Source of the DNA: an uncultured virus (IMG/VR IMGVR_UViG_3300031951_000023)
Lineage: Duplodnaviria > Heunggongvirae > Uroviricota > Caudoviricetes
Length of the DNA: 64,000 nt
Virus record (IMG/VR): IMGVR_UViG_3300031951_000023
Direction: 5' to 3' (one strand)
In this document: positions 26,617 to 36,285 of the stretch, one piece after another
Position numbering within the stretch: position 1 is the stretch's first letter
How the letters are laid out: each line of letters starts with the position of its first letter
Translations under genes and position numbers: made by a program
The notes under the pieces: generated by a model
Seen by the model: the letters and a program-made list of their open reading frames with translations, nothing else
Told to the model about the DNA's origin: nothing
Database searches by the model: none

Positions 26617-27314
26617 CGATTGATCCTTTGGGAGACGGTGTTTCAGAAGTAAGGCTTATTCAAAAGACAGGCGGAGACTTGAGCGTAGTAAACTCAGCTA
26701 GAGTATCTTACGCAAAAAGAGTTGATGAAGTTTCTGAAAGAGACAAAAAGCTAATAGCTTATTTGGCAGACCACGACCATGGAACACCCATGGAGCACAA
26801 CATTCTCACTTTTGAAATAAAAGCTCCCATATTTGTTTTTAGGGAGTGGCACAGGCATAGAGTTGGATGGTCTTATAATGAATGGAGCATGAGGTATTTG
26901 GAAGGCGGTAAAGATATAGACATTGAATGCTATGTGCCTAAAGAGCTTAGGAGACAGGCTAAGGTAAACAAGCAGGCTTCTGGAGAATCTTTCGAGAACC
27001 AGGAGCTGACAGATGTGATTATAAATTCTTACGTCATGTCTGTTGTAAGTTATAAAAAACTTATAGCTGGAGGGCTAGCTAAGGAATTAGCTAGGTCTGT
27101 TTTACCCGTAGGCATGTATAGCGCTATGTGGGCTTCATGCAACTTGCGATCTCTATTGCACTTCCTTAAACTTAGGCTAGGTTCTGATGCCCAATGGGAA
27201 ATACGGCAGTACGCTAAAGCTCTACTCAAGCTTGCCGAGCCTGTTTTTCCTGTTAGCATAAGTAACTGGCGTGAAAAGCACGGATATAACCCTGAGGGAG
27301 AGAAAGGACAGTAG
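26613..27314 (+). CDS. thyX: flavin-dependent thymidylate synthase
   Basis: ARVSY; HGTPMEH; RHRVGWSYNEWSMRY (RHRx7S); ELARSVLP; AQWEIR. Confidence 0.95.
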   Translation: MTIDPLGDGVSEVRLIQKTGGDLSVVNSARVSYAKRVDEVSERDKKLIAYLADHDHGTPMEHNILTFEIKAPIFVFREWHRHRVGWSYNEWSMRYLEGGKDIDIECYVPKELRRQAKVNKQASGESFENQELTDVIINSYVMSVVSYKKLIAGGLAKELARSVLPVGMYSAMWASCNLRSLLHFLKLRLGSDAQWEIRQYAKALLKLAEPVFPVSISNWREKHGYNPEGEKGQ

Positions 27315-27316
27315 AC

Positions 27317-27826
27317 ATGGGTATGAACATCAAAGGTCATGTAGACAGGCGCAGGTACAACCCTAGTAGGGACATTGCTTACGCTTGGCCTAACCTCATG
27401 AAGTCTGCTTTGATGGCTTATGAGAATGAAGTGTCGGAACCTATAGCTAAAGAGCTAATAGAAAAGTTCAACATTTCTGAAAATGACCTTGGTGTTCTGG
27501 TTGAGAGATATGCTAATTATTTTAAAGCTTGTTTAGACCAAGGAGACAAAGGTTACAAGTCTCCAGAAGAAGCTATCGCAGCCTGTGGCTTTTTTGACTT
27601 GCCTCCTTCGCATCAAGCCGTAATTCTTGTGCGTATGGGGCAAGTCATCACAGGCGCTTTTTTCTATGCGATAAGAGACGTCCACGTCGATTCAGACGAT
27701 CCTCCTTTTAACGACGCGCATATAATTGAAGCGGGCTTTAAAGCAAAGCAAGCTTTTATAAACAAAGCTAGGATTCGCTGGTACGATTACATCGTCAGGC
27801 CTTGGAAAATTTTCAAGCGACGATAG
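27317..27826 (+). CDS. hypothetical protein
   Basis: 169-aa ORF in operon; AAGGA RBS. Confidence 0.65.
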   Translation: MGMNIKGHVDRRRYNPSRDIAYAWPNLMKSALMAYENEVSEPIAKELIEKFNISENDLGVLVERYANYFKACLDQGDKGYKSPEEAIAACGFFDLPPSHQAVILVRMGQVITGAFFYAIRDVHVDSDDPPFNDAHIIEAGFKAKQAFINKARIRWYDYIVRPWKIFKRR

Positions 27827-27838
27827 TTTGGAGAAGCG

Positions 27839-28588
27839 ATGAATCCTGGCTCGTGGCTCAAATACGCCTCTGAAAAATTAGGTAAGCTTCCAGATAGCTA
27901 TCTAGTTTTTGACATAGAGACTACGGGCCTGGATTTGACAATAGACATTCCTGGCCAAATAGGCTGGGCAGTAGTTGAAAACAACAAGGTGGTTGACTCT
28001 GGCTCTAGGACTTTAAACTGGTTAAGGGGTCAACCGCCTGAGTTTCATTACTGGATATCCGATAGAATAGCTAGGACTAAAAATCAGTTTGAATACAAAA
28101 AAGGTGTAGCTACAGGCAAGGTATACGGAATATCAGTAGACAGGTTGAGACAAGGGGATATCCCAGAAAAAGTTCTTAGAGAATTTCACAGCTTAGTTAA
28201 TGAATGCAAGAAAAACGGATTTAAGTTTATAGCGCATAACGGTTTAAGATTAGACCAACCAATGTTAGACAGAATACTCAGCGAAATATCTGAAGGAGGT
28301 ATGCGTTTAAAGTTCAAACCTGACGAGTACCTGGACACTTTGAGCATAGAAAAAAGCGTTCAGCTTTTCCCAGAGATATCGGACGAAGAGACTTGGTTAG
28401 ACTTTTGCAAAAGAGCTTACAGGCTTGGAGGGTCTTCTGTAAAAGGCTCTTTGGATAACCATTGCTCGGTTAAATACGACTTGGCTAAAAAGCATAACCT
28501 GGACATGAATAAAGCGCACGAAGCAGACTTTGACTGTTTACTGACTCATTACTTGTTCCAGGAATATAAGGAATTGGAACGCAATTAA
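27839..28588 (+). CDS. DEDDh 3'-5' exonuclease (DnaQ-like)
   Basis: FDIETTG; AHNG..LD; DTL; AHEADFD. Confidence 0.85.
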   Translation: MNPGSWLKYASEKLGKLPDSYLVFDIETTGLDLTIDIPGQIGWAVVENNKVVDSGSRTLNWLRGQPPEFHYWISDRIARTKNQFEYKKGVATGKVYGISVDRLRQGDIPEKVLREFHSLVNECKKNGFKFIAHNGLRLDQPMLDRILSEISEGGMRLKFKPDEYLDTLSIEKSVQLFPEISDEETWLDFCKRAYRLGGSSVKGSLDNHCSVKYDLAKKHNLDMNKAHEADFDCLLTHYLFQEYKELERN

Positions 28589-28602
28589 GAAAGAGCCAGC
28601 CA

Positions 28603-29265
28603 GTGCGTAAGTACAACATGTGTAGTGACCCGTGGGTTTTTAAAGAATTTTTTATAAAACCACCAGCCGAACCTAAAACAAATATAGTATTAGGTTTAGA
28701 CTTAGGCACTAACTGTGGGTACAGCTACTGTTACATAAAAGAAAAGCAGCTAGTAGCTCCTGAAAATATAGAAATGCACATAGGTCAGTGGGATCTTTCA
28801 GCCGGCTCCTATGACAGCGGCGCGCTCAGATTTGTTCGTTTAAGGCAATTTTTGTCTATTCTTAAACCAGACATAATTGCTTTTGAAGACGTCAAGTACA
28901 CGCCTTCTGAAAAGTTAACCAAGTTCAACATGCACTCTATACTGGCTAGGGCAGCTACCTCTTGTGAATTTTTTGGAGCCCTCAAGGCAACGGTATGCAC
29001 CTGGGCAGAAGAAAATGGAATTCCTTGTGGAAGTTTCCCGATAGGCACAATAAAGAAAAGAGCCACGGGAAAAGGAAATGCCAACAAGTCAGACATGATA
29101 AAAGCTTGTAATGAAATGTTTAAAACAGACTACGATCCGGTTAACTACGAGTCAGCCGGGTTTGATAACGCTGCCGACTCTGCTTTTGTTTGTTTGCTTG
29201 CCCTGGAGAATTATGCTAAAGGTTTAAGTTTCGCTGAACCTAAGGATGATTCTGCAGAGGACTAA
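28603..29265 (+). CDS. ruvC: RuvC-like Holliday junction resolvase
   Basis: VLGLDLGTNCG; IAFEDV; IKKRATGKGNANKSDM; DNAADS. Confidence 0.85.
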   Translation: MRKYNMCSDPWVFKEFFIKPPAEPKTNIVLGLDLGTNCGYSYCYIKEKQLVAPENIEMHIGQWDLSAGSYDSGALRFVRLRQFLSILKPDIIAFEDVKYTPSEKLTKFNMHSILARAATSCEFFGALKATVCTWAEENGIPCGSFPIGTIKKRATGKGNANKSDMIKACNEMFKTDYDPVNYESAGFDNAADSAFVCLLALENYAKGLSFAEPKDDSAED

Positions 29266-29268
29266 GCT

Positions 29269-29490
29269 ATGGCGTATGAAGACGTAAGAAAGATAATAGG
29301 CAAGTACGTAGAACAAAAACAAGATTGTGCGGACAAAGAAACTTTAAAAGAAATAGACTCACTTCTACTTGAACTCAGAAGAGTCGTAGATAGTATAAGA
29401 AGGCACCAGCAAGATAAGCTTGGGCTCAACCGCTGGTCTGTGACCCCGGCGGATGAAACACTATGGTCACAAGTTTGCGAGTACCCATAG
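29269..29490 (+). CDS. hypothetical protein
   Basis: GAGG RBS; 73 aa. Confidence 0.6.
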   Translation: MAYEDVRKIIGKYVEQKQDCADKETLKEIDSLLLELRRVVDSIRRHQQDKLGLNRWSVTPADETLWSQVCEYP

Positions 29491-29503
29491 GCACGGAGTG
29501 GTC

Positions 29504-29752
29504 ATGTCTCAGGATGATGTAAAGAATGAAGTGTCTGCGTGCATACAGGAGGTTACTGGTTTAAAAAACATTTCTCATGACGAGCCTTTGAGCTCTCTGG
29601 GCTTAGACAGCCTGGACTACCTCGATATCGTTTACACGATCGAGGGAAGATTTGATCTAACCAAGTTAGCGGAGAGCCTTCCAAAGAATAGCTGCGACTT
29701 GTCAGTCAACGCTATTAGCGAAGCTGTCTGCAAACTTGCTGTTGGGGTTTAA
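29504..29752 (+). CDS. acpP: acyl carrier protein
   Basis: LGLDSLDYLDIVYTIEGRF with phosphopantetheine Ser (DSL); 82 aa, acidic; GGAG RBS. Confidence 0.8.
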   Translation: MSQDDVKNEVSACIQEVTGLKNISHDEPLSSLGLDSLDYLDIVYTIEGRFDLTKLAESLPKNSCDLSVNAISEAVCKLAVGV

Positions 29753-29754
29753 GA

Positions 29755-29979
29755 ATGAAAACTGACAGAGTTTTTGTTTTTAAATCTAGGGGTATTATCA
29801 AGTTACCTGACGGGAGGGTTATAAGAAAGGGAGTGTTTTTCAATGCCGGCTGTTTGCCTGTGGTGGAAGAAGGTGTGGAGTATGCCTTGCTTACACTATT
29901 GGACGACAGAGGCGTTAGTGGGCCTTTGAAGGTCAAAGTGCCCTTTGAGTCTGTTAGGTTTGTAGATTCTCAAGACTAA
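29755..29979 (+). CDS. hypothetical protein
   Basis: 74-aa ORF in operon. Confidence 0.55.
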   Translation: MKTDRVFVFKSRGIIKLPDGRVIRKGVFFNAGCLPVVEEGVEYALLTLLDDRGVSGPLKVKVPFESVRFVDSQD

Positions 29980-29990
29980 GGAAGGATCCA

Positions 29991-30617
29991 ATGATTTATT
30001 ACATCGGTTACACCAGCGTTGCTGCTCCAGAGTTCCAGAGCTACGTGTCTGCACCAAAAGCTCCCAAGAACTACAAAGACCCAAAGGTCATAGAAGAGTA
30101 TTTGGAAAAAGCTTATTCCGAAATTAGGAGCACAGCTTCTTCCAAACCAATCACCAGTCTTGTAACTGACATACATATGATCAGTTCAATGGGAGAAACT
30201 TTTGACTTTTCAGGTGGAAACGCTGCTCATGACTTCGTTAAATATATTGGCAACTTAGACTATAGCCGTATAAGGGTCTATGGTTTTAACGCCAAGAATT
30301 TTATGCGTTCTGTGTCAGCTCAGGTCATCAAAGAATGCCCAAAGGCCGACATAGCGCGTATTGACTTTGTGTATTACTGGCTTTTCGGTGATCACACGGT
30401 CAAGAATATTTTCATGGATCCGACCAGGGTTTTCCTTTCTTCTGCTGACGAGCAGTCTAGGATTTCTTTGTCGGGCATATTCAAGTATTTTGGTTTAGAC
30501 TTGTCTACTGTTGATTTGTCTAACACTAAAAAGCAGTCTGAAGCCGTTAGAGACTTCTGCGCTGCCACAGGTTTAGACGTAATGACATCTTCGGAAGTAA
30601 GAGATGATTCATTCTGA
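29991..30617 (+). CDS. PolB-exonuclease-related protein, probably inactive
   Basis: APKNYKDPKVIEEY and VYGFNAKNF resemble the predicted 3'-5' exonuclease family, but the Exo I DxE appears as GYT. Confidence 0.4.
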   Translation: MIYYIGYTSVAAPEFQSYVSAPKAPKNYKDPKVIEEYLEKAYSEIRSTASSKPITSLVTDIHMISSMGETFDFSGGNAAHDFVKYIGNLDYSRIRVYGFNAKNFMRSVSAQVIKECPKADIARIDFVYYWLFGDHTVKNIFMDPTRVFLSSADEQSRISLSGIFKYFGLDLSTVDLSNTKKQSEAVRDFCAATGLDVMTSSEVRDDSF

Positions 30618-31296
30618 TTTTCCAAGGCAGGAAGGCTTTTACAAAAGTGAAACTCTTTCTGCCGAAGAGATCAGGAAACTGCCTCCAGTGAAGAGAGTTC
30701 AGATGGCCCACAAGCTGTCTGAACTCTCTTCGGAGTTTGTTTTTTTTAACCATGGCTTGTTATTCACTGAAGCTAATTTGACAACGGACCCTGTAGAAGA
30801 ATGGATGCTTAAGAAAGACAATAGTGAAGCCGTGTTTGCTTTAATCTACGACAGACCTTTGTTTAAAGGGTTAGACCATTTTTGGAATAAAACTTTGTAC
30901 GGCTGCAAAATAGAATTCTGGCCTGAAATATATAATCTACTAAACGGGGTTATAGCTTGCTGTAAAGTGAGACAGCTAGTTCTATCTTGTTTTATGCACA
31001 CAGCTTATATACCTGATCCTAACGAATGGTCTAGTGATCCTAGTCTGTGCTCATGTCCTCCAAGAGATTGGGGAATCAACTGTGAAAACGCGGAAAGGTT
31101 AGCTCAAGGAGATATGTCTTTTGAAGGGTTTTCTTTTCCAGTAAGCCCTACTCCATTTAAAATACACGTTTCAGGAGTGTCGGGGCCAAAGCGCTTGGCT
31201 TATATTAAATCTTGCCTTTACCCTTACGTGTCTTTTGCGCCTCCTGAACAAGAAACTATTCAAATGCAGAAAGTGATGGTGCCAGTTGTTAACTAA
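30604..31296 (+). CDS. hypothetical protein
   Basis: 230-aa ORF overlapping its neighbours. Confidence 0.6.
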   Translation: MIHSDFPRQEGFYKSETLSAEEIRKLPPVKRVQMAHKLSELSSEFVFFNHGLLFTEANLTTDPVEEWMLKKDNSEAVFALIYDRPLFKGLDHFWNKTLYGCKIEFWPEIYNLLNGVIACCKVRQLVLSCFMHTAYIPDPNEWSSDPSLCSCPPRDWGINCENAERLAQGDMSFEGFSFPVSPTPFKIHVSGVSGPKRLAYIKSCLYPYVSFAPPEQETIQMQKVMVPVVN

Positions 31297-31552
31297 GAGC
31301 AAAGTTTTTTTCGGTCAGATACTTATGCGAAAAACTTCAGAGAACTCGCTGACTGGCTGGGACCTGCTAGATAAAACTACTGAAGTAGACAAGCTTATAA
31401 ACGATTGGGTAGAGCAGACTTCAAACCAGTTAGTGTACGCATCTCCGCCATCCATACACATGGAATGGATGGATAAAGAAAACACAGTAAAGATGATCAC
31501 GTCTTCTGTAACAGTTTTGTATGTAGAACCTGAGGCTTCAGAAAATGAGTAA
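31286..31552 (+). CDS. hypothetical protein (start uncertain)
   Basis: 88-aa ORF in operon. Confidence 0.55.
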   Translation: MLTKSKVFFGQILMRKTSENSLTGWDLLDKTTEVDKLINDWVEQTSNQLVYASPPSIHMEWMDKENTVKMITSSVTVLYVEPEASENE

Positions 31553-31838
31553 CACAAGCAGCGACTATCCAGACAACTTTAAATTCTATGTGTTAGCTGT
31601 AAACGAAGGAGAACCTCCTAGCATTACAGAGTTTGACTCAGCGCAGCTGGCAGCTGAGTCTTTGACTCGTTTACTTGAGGCTAACAAAAGAATGTATGGA
31701 GGCGTGTTTTACGGCGAGAAGTGGAACATAACTAAAGGTCCGGCTAAGTATCTTATTTCTTTAGACGGCTCGTCACGCTTTCCTTTGTTTAATCAAGAAG
31801 AGTCTTTTGTTAATGATGGCGAATACTTGAACAGTTAA
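31545..31838 (+). CDS. hypothetical protein
   Basis: 97-aa ORF; GAGG RBS. Confidence 0.6.
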   Translation: MSNTSSDYPDNFKFYVLAVNEGEPPSITEFDSAQLAAESLTRLLEANKRMYGGVFYGEKWNITKGPAKYLISLDGSSRFPLFNQEESFVNDGEYLNS

Positions 31839-31915
31839 ATAACAGTTAAGGAAAACGTCATAATCATATGCACCGCATCTATTGGTCAGCGGTGATTCTG
31901 GAATGGAGTCTAGCG

Positions 31916-32824
31916 ATGAAGAAGGTTTCTGTGTTTTACTCCTGTCACCCAAAAGCCCCTTTCAAGGGAGGCCTCCAGCCGGTAGGAACCGGCAGGTTCA
32001 TGACCATGTGGCAGGGCGGACCTCGCCCAGATGGGCATGTCCTAGCAGTACACCGATACTGCTTTGACCACAGGGGGCTGACTCTCTACAACGAGCGGGC
32101 CGAGGACCCTACAGCTATAAACTGTAGGTTTTCCTCAGAGGAACAAGACGTGGCGGGCGTCATGTTCCGATACCTGTACTCTCAGAGGCCACCAAAAATG
32201 GCACCTGAGATTAGAGGACCTATTCTTCTTGCTTCCTTCGGGAAGCAATTTGAGTGGGCTAACCCGCTCCCACAGCCATGGCTTATTGAAACAGCCATGG
32301 CTTCAACTTCCCCTGGTTGGCGCGGCCCGCCTCACCCTGGCACCGTATCAACCGGCGGGAAAATTTCTCAAATCGTTAAAGATGGAAACATCTTTATTGA
32401 ATTTGAGAACCAAGACGTGCTAGAGCTTCCTCCCGAAGCCAAAGTCTTGGAATGGGTACAGCCCGGGGTGGCCACGGAGCCAGGCACGGTTGTGGCTGAA
32501 CTTGTTCCTAGGAAGACTAGGAGCAAGGAAGAGTTCATGGCTCTCCCACCAGAAACTCTAAAGAGAATCTTCGAGGAGACCATGGAGGCTCACTCCATGA
32601 TTTCTGAGGACGACGTGCAGCTGTTCGATATTCGGATAGCTCCTCGCCACCTCCGGAGGCCTATCCAGGCTGGAGGCGCTGTGCTCGACATGTTCGAGTT
32701 TGTGCCCTTCAACAGACAGCCGCAGATAGTGGCTGTCAACAACACCACCCTTCGAGATGGGGTGTCTAACCCCACCGACCTAGCAAGGCATTTGAGGTTC
32801 GAGTGGGCTAAGGCCAACTTATGA
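31916..32824 (+). CDS. hypothetical protein, GC-richer stand-alone gene with possible barrel-sandwich hybrid motif
   Basis: GGAG RBS before ATG 31916; GKISQI...IFIEFE...LELPPEAKVL..VQPG...EPGTVVA. Confidence 0.65.
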   Translation: MKKVSVFYSCHPKAPFKGGLQPVGTGRFMTMWQGGPRPDGHVLAVHRYCFDHRGLTLYNERAEDPTAINCRFSSEEQDVAGVMFRYLYSQRPPKMAPEIRGPILLASFGKQFEWANPLPQPWLIETAMASTSPGWRGPPHPGTVSTGGKISQIVKDGNIFIEFENQDVLELPPEAKVLEWVQPGVATEPGTVVAELVPRKTRSKEEFMALPPETLKRIFEETMEAHSMISEDDVQLFDIRIAPRHLRRPIQAGGAVLDMFEFVPFNRQPQIVAVNNTTLRDGVSNPTDLARHLRFEWAKANL

Positions 32825-32838
32825 ACCTGATGCCTGAT

Positions 32839-32875
32839 CCGGCTTGACTCGTTAGAGTCAGGCCGGGTTTTTTTT
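32839..32875 (+). terminator. Rho-independent terminator
   Basis: CCGGCTTGACTC-GTTA-GAGTCAGGCCGG followed by G and 8 T. Confidence 0.9.
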
Positions 32876-32956
32876 AGCTATTGGGTAAAGGTCTGGTTAA
32901 TAAGATAAGATTGGATATAGTATTTTCATAAGACAGATTTACATGAAAGGAAAGCC

Positions 32957-33757
32957 ATGAGCGTTGACTCCGCAGTATCGGGCAAATCTCAGTCTACTAT
33001 TTTTCACAACAAACAAATCACTGAGATAGTTGTTGACCCTGACAGGGCGCATTTGGGCGAGTCGTTTACTATCAGCCTTGATAGATTAAGCGGTAAGACT
33101 TCAGGACCTGACAAAAAGGGGAACAACGTGGTTAACAGGGAAGAGATTGCTAGTAACTTGTTCAAACTAGCTTCTTCAGAAGATTTACCCAGAGACGTTA
33201 TTAAAGTAGGAAGGGCTATACCTAACATCAATGAAATTAATCACGCGCATCCCGCAGCCGTTTTGCCCAAAGCAGCTGTAACGTCACCTCAAACAAAAGT
33301 TTATTTTGATATGCCAGGCTGCGGCTCTATATCTTTTAAATACCATGAAGTTAAAGTTGTTAGCAATTATTTAATATTTGTAACTGACAAACGTTTTGGA
33401 GGATCCGCTGAGTTTTATCCTTATTGTAACATGCGTCCTAATGAAGAAAGAAAACCAGTAGGTGTTTACGTGCAGGGTACTAAAAGCTTATTCTTACTAG
33501 ATCCTTCTGTTAAAAATTTTCCTATAAAGTTTGAATGCGATCCTTTTGAAATTTGCGTAGTTCCCGTCGGAAGCTCTAAAAATCTTACTTCTGAAATGGC
33601 CAAGGAGCTTGGTATAGTCGACATAGCCACAGGGGAACTTGAAAATGGAAAAGAGAGCGGTGATAGCGAAGGGGATAACTCCCCAGAATTTTCCGGAGTC
33701 GACTCGGGAGAGCCAGACTACGAAAGCGTTGAAGGAGGCTTCGGCGGAGTTCTCTGA
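32957..33757 (+). CDS. hypothetical protein with acidic tail
   Basis: AAGGA RBS; 266 aa. Confidence 0.65.
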   Translation: MSVDSAVSGKSQSTIFHNKQITEIVVDPDRAHLGESFTISLDRLSGKTSGPDKKGNNVVNREEIASNLFKLASSEDLPRDVIKVGRAIPNINEINHAHPAAVLPKAAVTSPQTKVYFDMPGCGSISFKYHEVKVVSNYLIFVTDKRFGGSAEFYPYCNMRPNEERKPVGVYVQGTKSLFLLDPSVKNFPIKFECDPFEICVVPVGSSKNLTSEMAKELGIVDIATGELENGKESGDSEGDNSPEFSGVDSGEPDYESVEGGFGGVL

Positions 33758-33828
33758 TTTGGAGACTCATGTGACCAAGTCTTTATCCGACGCTGTTTCA
33801 TCTAAGCTTTTAAAACGAGACTAGAAAA

Positions 33829-35742
33829 ATGCCATCCGGCGACCTTTTTGAAAGTTCTATAGGCAAGAACTGGAACCTGAACAGGGGCGAAGAGCCTTTT
33901 CCAGATCCGTTCATGGACTACGCGTCCACGGTGATGCCGGAAAATATCCGCGATGCCCTTAGGTTTTGTGAGTTTACTTTTCACGTAAACTCAATGATCA
34001 GAGAAGCAGCCAGGCGCATAGTTTCTTATTTCATTACTGACATAAAAGTTGAATCTCAAGATGGAGAAAAGTTAGGAGACGACGAAAGACAGAAGTACGA
34101 GATATTTTTAAATAACGTTTTAAAAGTAAAGCAAGTTCTACACTCTGTTGCTTTAGACTTTTTGTGCTACGGAAATAGCTTTACAAGTTTAGTTTTGCCT
34201 TTTAGACGTTATCTAAGTTGCCCAAAATGTTATTTTGACGTCCCTCTAACAGAGATGATGAAAAACCCTGTTTTTTCTTTTAAATGGCAGATGCCTGATT
34301 TTGTCGCTAAATGCCCCAATCCTAAATGCGGATATTCCGGTAAATGGCACAGGGTAGACAGACGTCTTACTGACGAAAAACAAATAACAATCAAACGCTG
34401 GTCTCCGTATGAAATGGAAATACGGTATGACATGATAAATGACTTCAGAGAATATATCTGGAGAATACCTGAAGACTACAGACTGCAAGTTAGAAGAGGC
34501 GATCCGCAAGTACTGCCTACAGTTCCTTGGGAAGTTGTCGAAGCCATACAGTCAAACGGCTACTTGCTTTTTGATAAAGACGTTGTTTTCCACATGCACG
34601 AGCCAACTCTTGCAGGTGTAAGGTCTAGAGGATGGGGCATATCTAGAACTCTGGTTAATTTCCGTCAGGCTTGGTACTGCCAAGTTCTTCACAGATATAA
34701 CGAAGCCATAGCCTTGGACTACGTTGTGCCTTTTAGGGTTTTAACCCCAGCTCCCAGCAGTTCCAGTAACCCAGAAGCTGGAGACCCTTTGATGAACATG
34801 GACTTGGGCGGGTTCTCGTCTCAAGTACAAAGTATGCTACGTAAAAGGCGCAGAGACCCAGCAGCTTGGCATTTCTTGAGCCATCCTATCCAGTATCAAA
34901 TGCTAGGCGGAGAAGCCAGCAAGCTCGCACCTACAGAATTAATGCAACAAGGCATAACTACTTTGTTGAACGGGTTCGGCATGCCGGCAGAGCTGTACAA
35001 CGGCACCCTAAGTCTTCAAGCTATGCTTCCAGCTATTAGACTTTTCCAGTCTAGCTGGACTTATTTAACTCATTACATGAACGACTTCTTGACGTTCGTT
35101 ACCATGCGGACAGCTGACTCTATGGGCTGGGAACCGGCCAGAGCTTCTCTATTGCCTCCTACTTTGACCGACGACATGAACAACGTGATGGCAAAGCTGC
35201 AGCTAATGCAAGCTCAGCAAATCAGCCAGACCACAGCTCTTCGCGGTATGGGTTTGGATTTCAAGGAAGAAACAAGACAAACTCTGGAAGAGCAGAGGTT
35301 CAAACAAGAAGAGCAGGCCAAACTTCAAGAAGAAATGGATACTGCTTCTATCATGGATCAGATGGCCGCGCCACCTCCGCAGGCTCCTCCCGCACCCGGA
35401 GCAGCCCCAGCTACCGGCGGAGCTCCGGCACCTGGAGGAGCAACTCCTCCAAACCAACCTCCAGCAGGGCCAATGGACGCGGCGGCTCAGCAGATGTCTC
35501 TGACTACGCCAACGCAGCCAGGCCAAAAAATAACACCTCAAGAGCTGCAGGCTAAAGCCGAGGCTATAGCTTCTCAGCTTCTTAGCGTCCCTGAATCTCA
35601 AAGACAGTCAGAAATGACAAAGCTAAAAGGGCAAGATCCAACTTTGCACGCTGCGGTTAAACAAACTATTGAAAACATCCGGCAGCAGGCTAGAACAGCT
35701 GGAGGTCAGATGGTAATGCAGCAGCAATTTGGCGGGCAATAA
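33829..35742 (+). CDS. putative portal protein with zinc-ribbon insertion
   Basis: 637 aa; DFLCYGNSF; VFHM...GWGISR; CPKC...CPNPKC insert; Gln/Pro-rich C-terminus. Confidence 0.5.
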   Translation: MPSGDLFESSIGKNWNLNRGEEPFPDPFMDYASTVMPENIRDALRFCEFTFHVNSMIREAARRIVSYFITDIKVESQDGEKLGDDERQKYEIFLNNVLKVKQVLHSVALDFLCYGNSFTSLVLPFRRYLSCPKCYFDVPLTEMMKNPVFSFKWQMPDFVAKCPNPKCGYSGKWHRVDRRLTDEKQITIKRWSPYEMEIRYDMINDFREYIWRIPEDYRLQVRRGDPQVLPTVPWEVVEAIQSNGYLLFDKDVVFHMHEPTLAGVRSRGWGISRTLVNFRQAWYCQVLHRYNEAIALDYVVPFRVLTPAPSSSSNPEAGDPLMNMDLGGFSSQVQSMLRKRRRDPAAWHFLSHPIQYQMLGGEASKLAPTELMQQGITTLLNGFGMPAELYNGTLSLQAMLPAIRLFQSSWTYLTHYMNDFLTFVTMRTADSMGWEPARASLLPPTLTDDMNNVMAKLQLMQAQQISQTTALRGMGLDFKEETRQTLEEQRFKQEEQAKLQEEMDTASIMDQMAAPPPQAPPAPGAAPATGGAPAPGGATPPNQPPAGPMDAAAQQMSLTTPTQPGQKITPQELQAKAEAIASQLLSVPESQRQSEMTKLKGQDPTLHAAVKQTIENIRQQARTAGGQMVMQQQFGGQ

Positions 35743-35762
35743 ATTTAACTAAGAAAGATAAT

Positions 35763-35975
35763 ATGATTGAAATATCTATAAACATAAAAGCAGAGAATAG
35801 CGAAGCTGTTTTAGATATTTTGAAAAATTTGAACGAGGCTATACAATCTACAGAATGGAATACTCCTGTCGATTTAAGCCTGGAGATTACTCAAGCTGAT
35901 GGTGATTCTTCTTTGCTTATAGTTAACGACTCGAGGAAATACCATGGCGTCAAAATCAACTGCTGCGGGCAATAG
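35763..35975 (+). CDS. hypothetical protein
   Basis: 70-aa ORF. Confidence 0.5.
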   Translation: MIEISINIKAENSEAVLDILKNLNEAIQSTEWNTPVDLSLEITQADGDSSLLIVNDSRKYHGVKINCCGQ

Positions 35976-36153
35976 CGGCTCTTTTTGCGTTGCTGTGCAA
36001 AGATGCGCTTTTGCTAAGTGCAATAAAAATGGTACGCATCATTTAAGTATTTCGGCTAATTCCTCGAGTGAAACAGGACAGGACTGTTTAGAAACTATGG
36101 ACGTTTGGTATTGTGAAAAACACTATAAAAAGCTCATAGAAAATAAAATGTAA
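35944..36153 (+). CDS. small Cys/His-containing hypothetical protein
   Basis: GAGG RBS; C....C...YCEKH. Confidence 0.5.
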   Translation: MASKSTAAGNSGSFCVAVQRCAFAKCNKNGTHHLSISANSSSETGQDCLETMDVWYCEKHYKKLIENKM

Positions 36154-36181
36154 ATAAGATACGCCTGTAAAATTTTTAAAT

Positions 36182-36216
36182 TAAGTAAAGCAAGCTTAAC
36201 CGGCTTGCTTTACTTA
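36182..36216. other. perfect 14-bp inverted repeat (terminator or operator)
   Basis: TAAGTAAAGCAAGC-TTAACCG-GCTTGCTTTACTTA. Confidence 0.8.
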
Positions 36217-36285
36217 TATAAGCATATCTAGGGTTGCTTTGTTAAAAACTTAATAGTAAATTGCTTTATCTAAAGGGGGTGCTTT

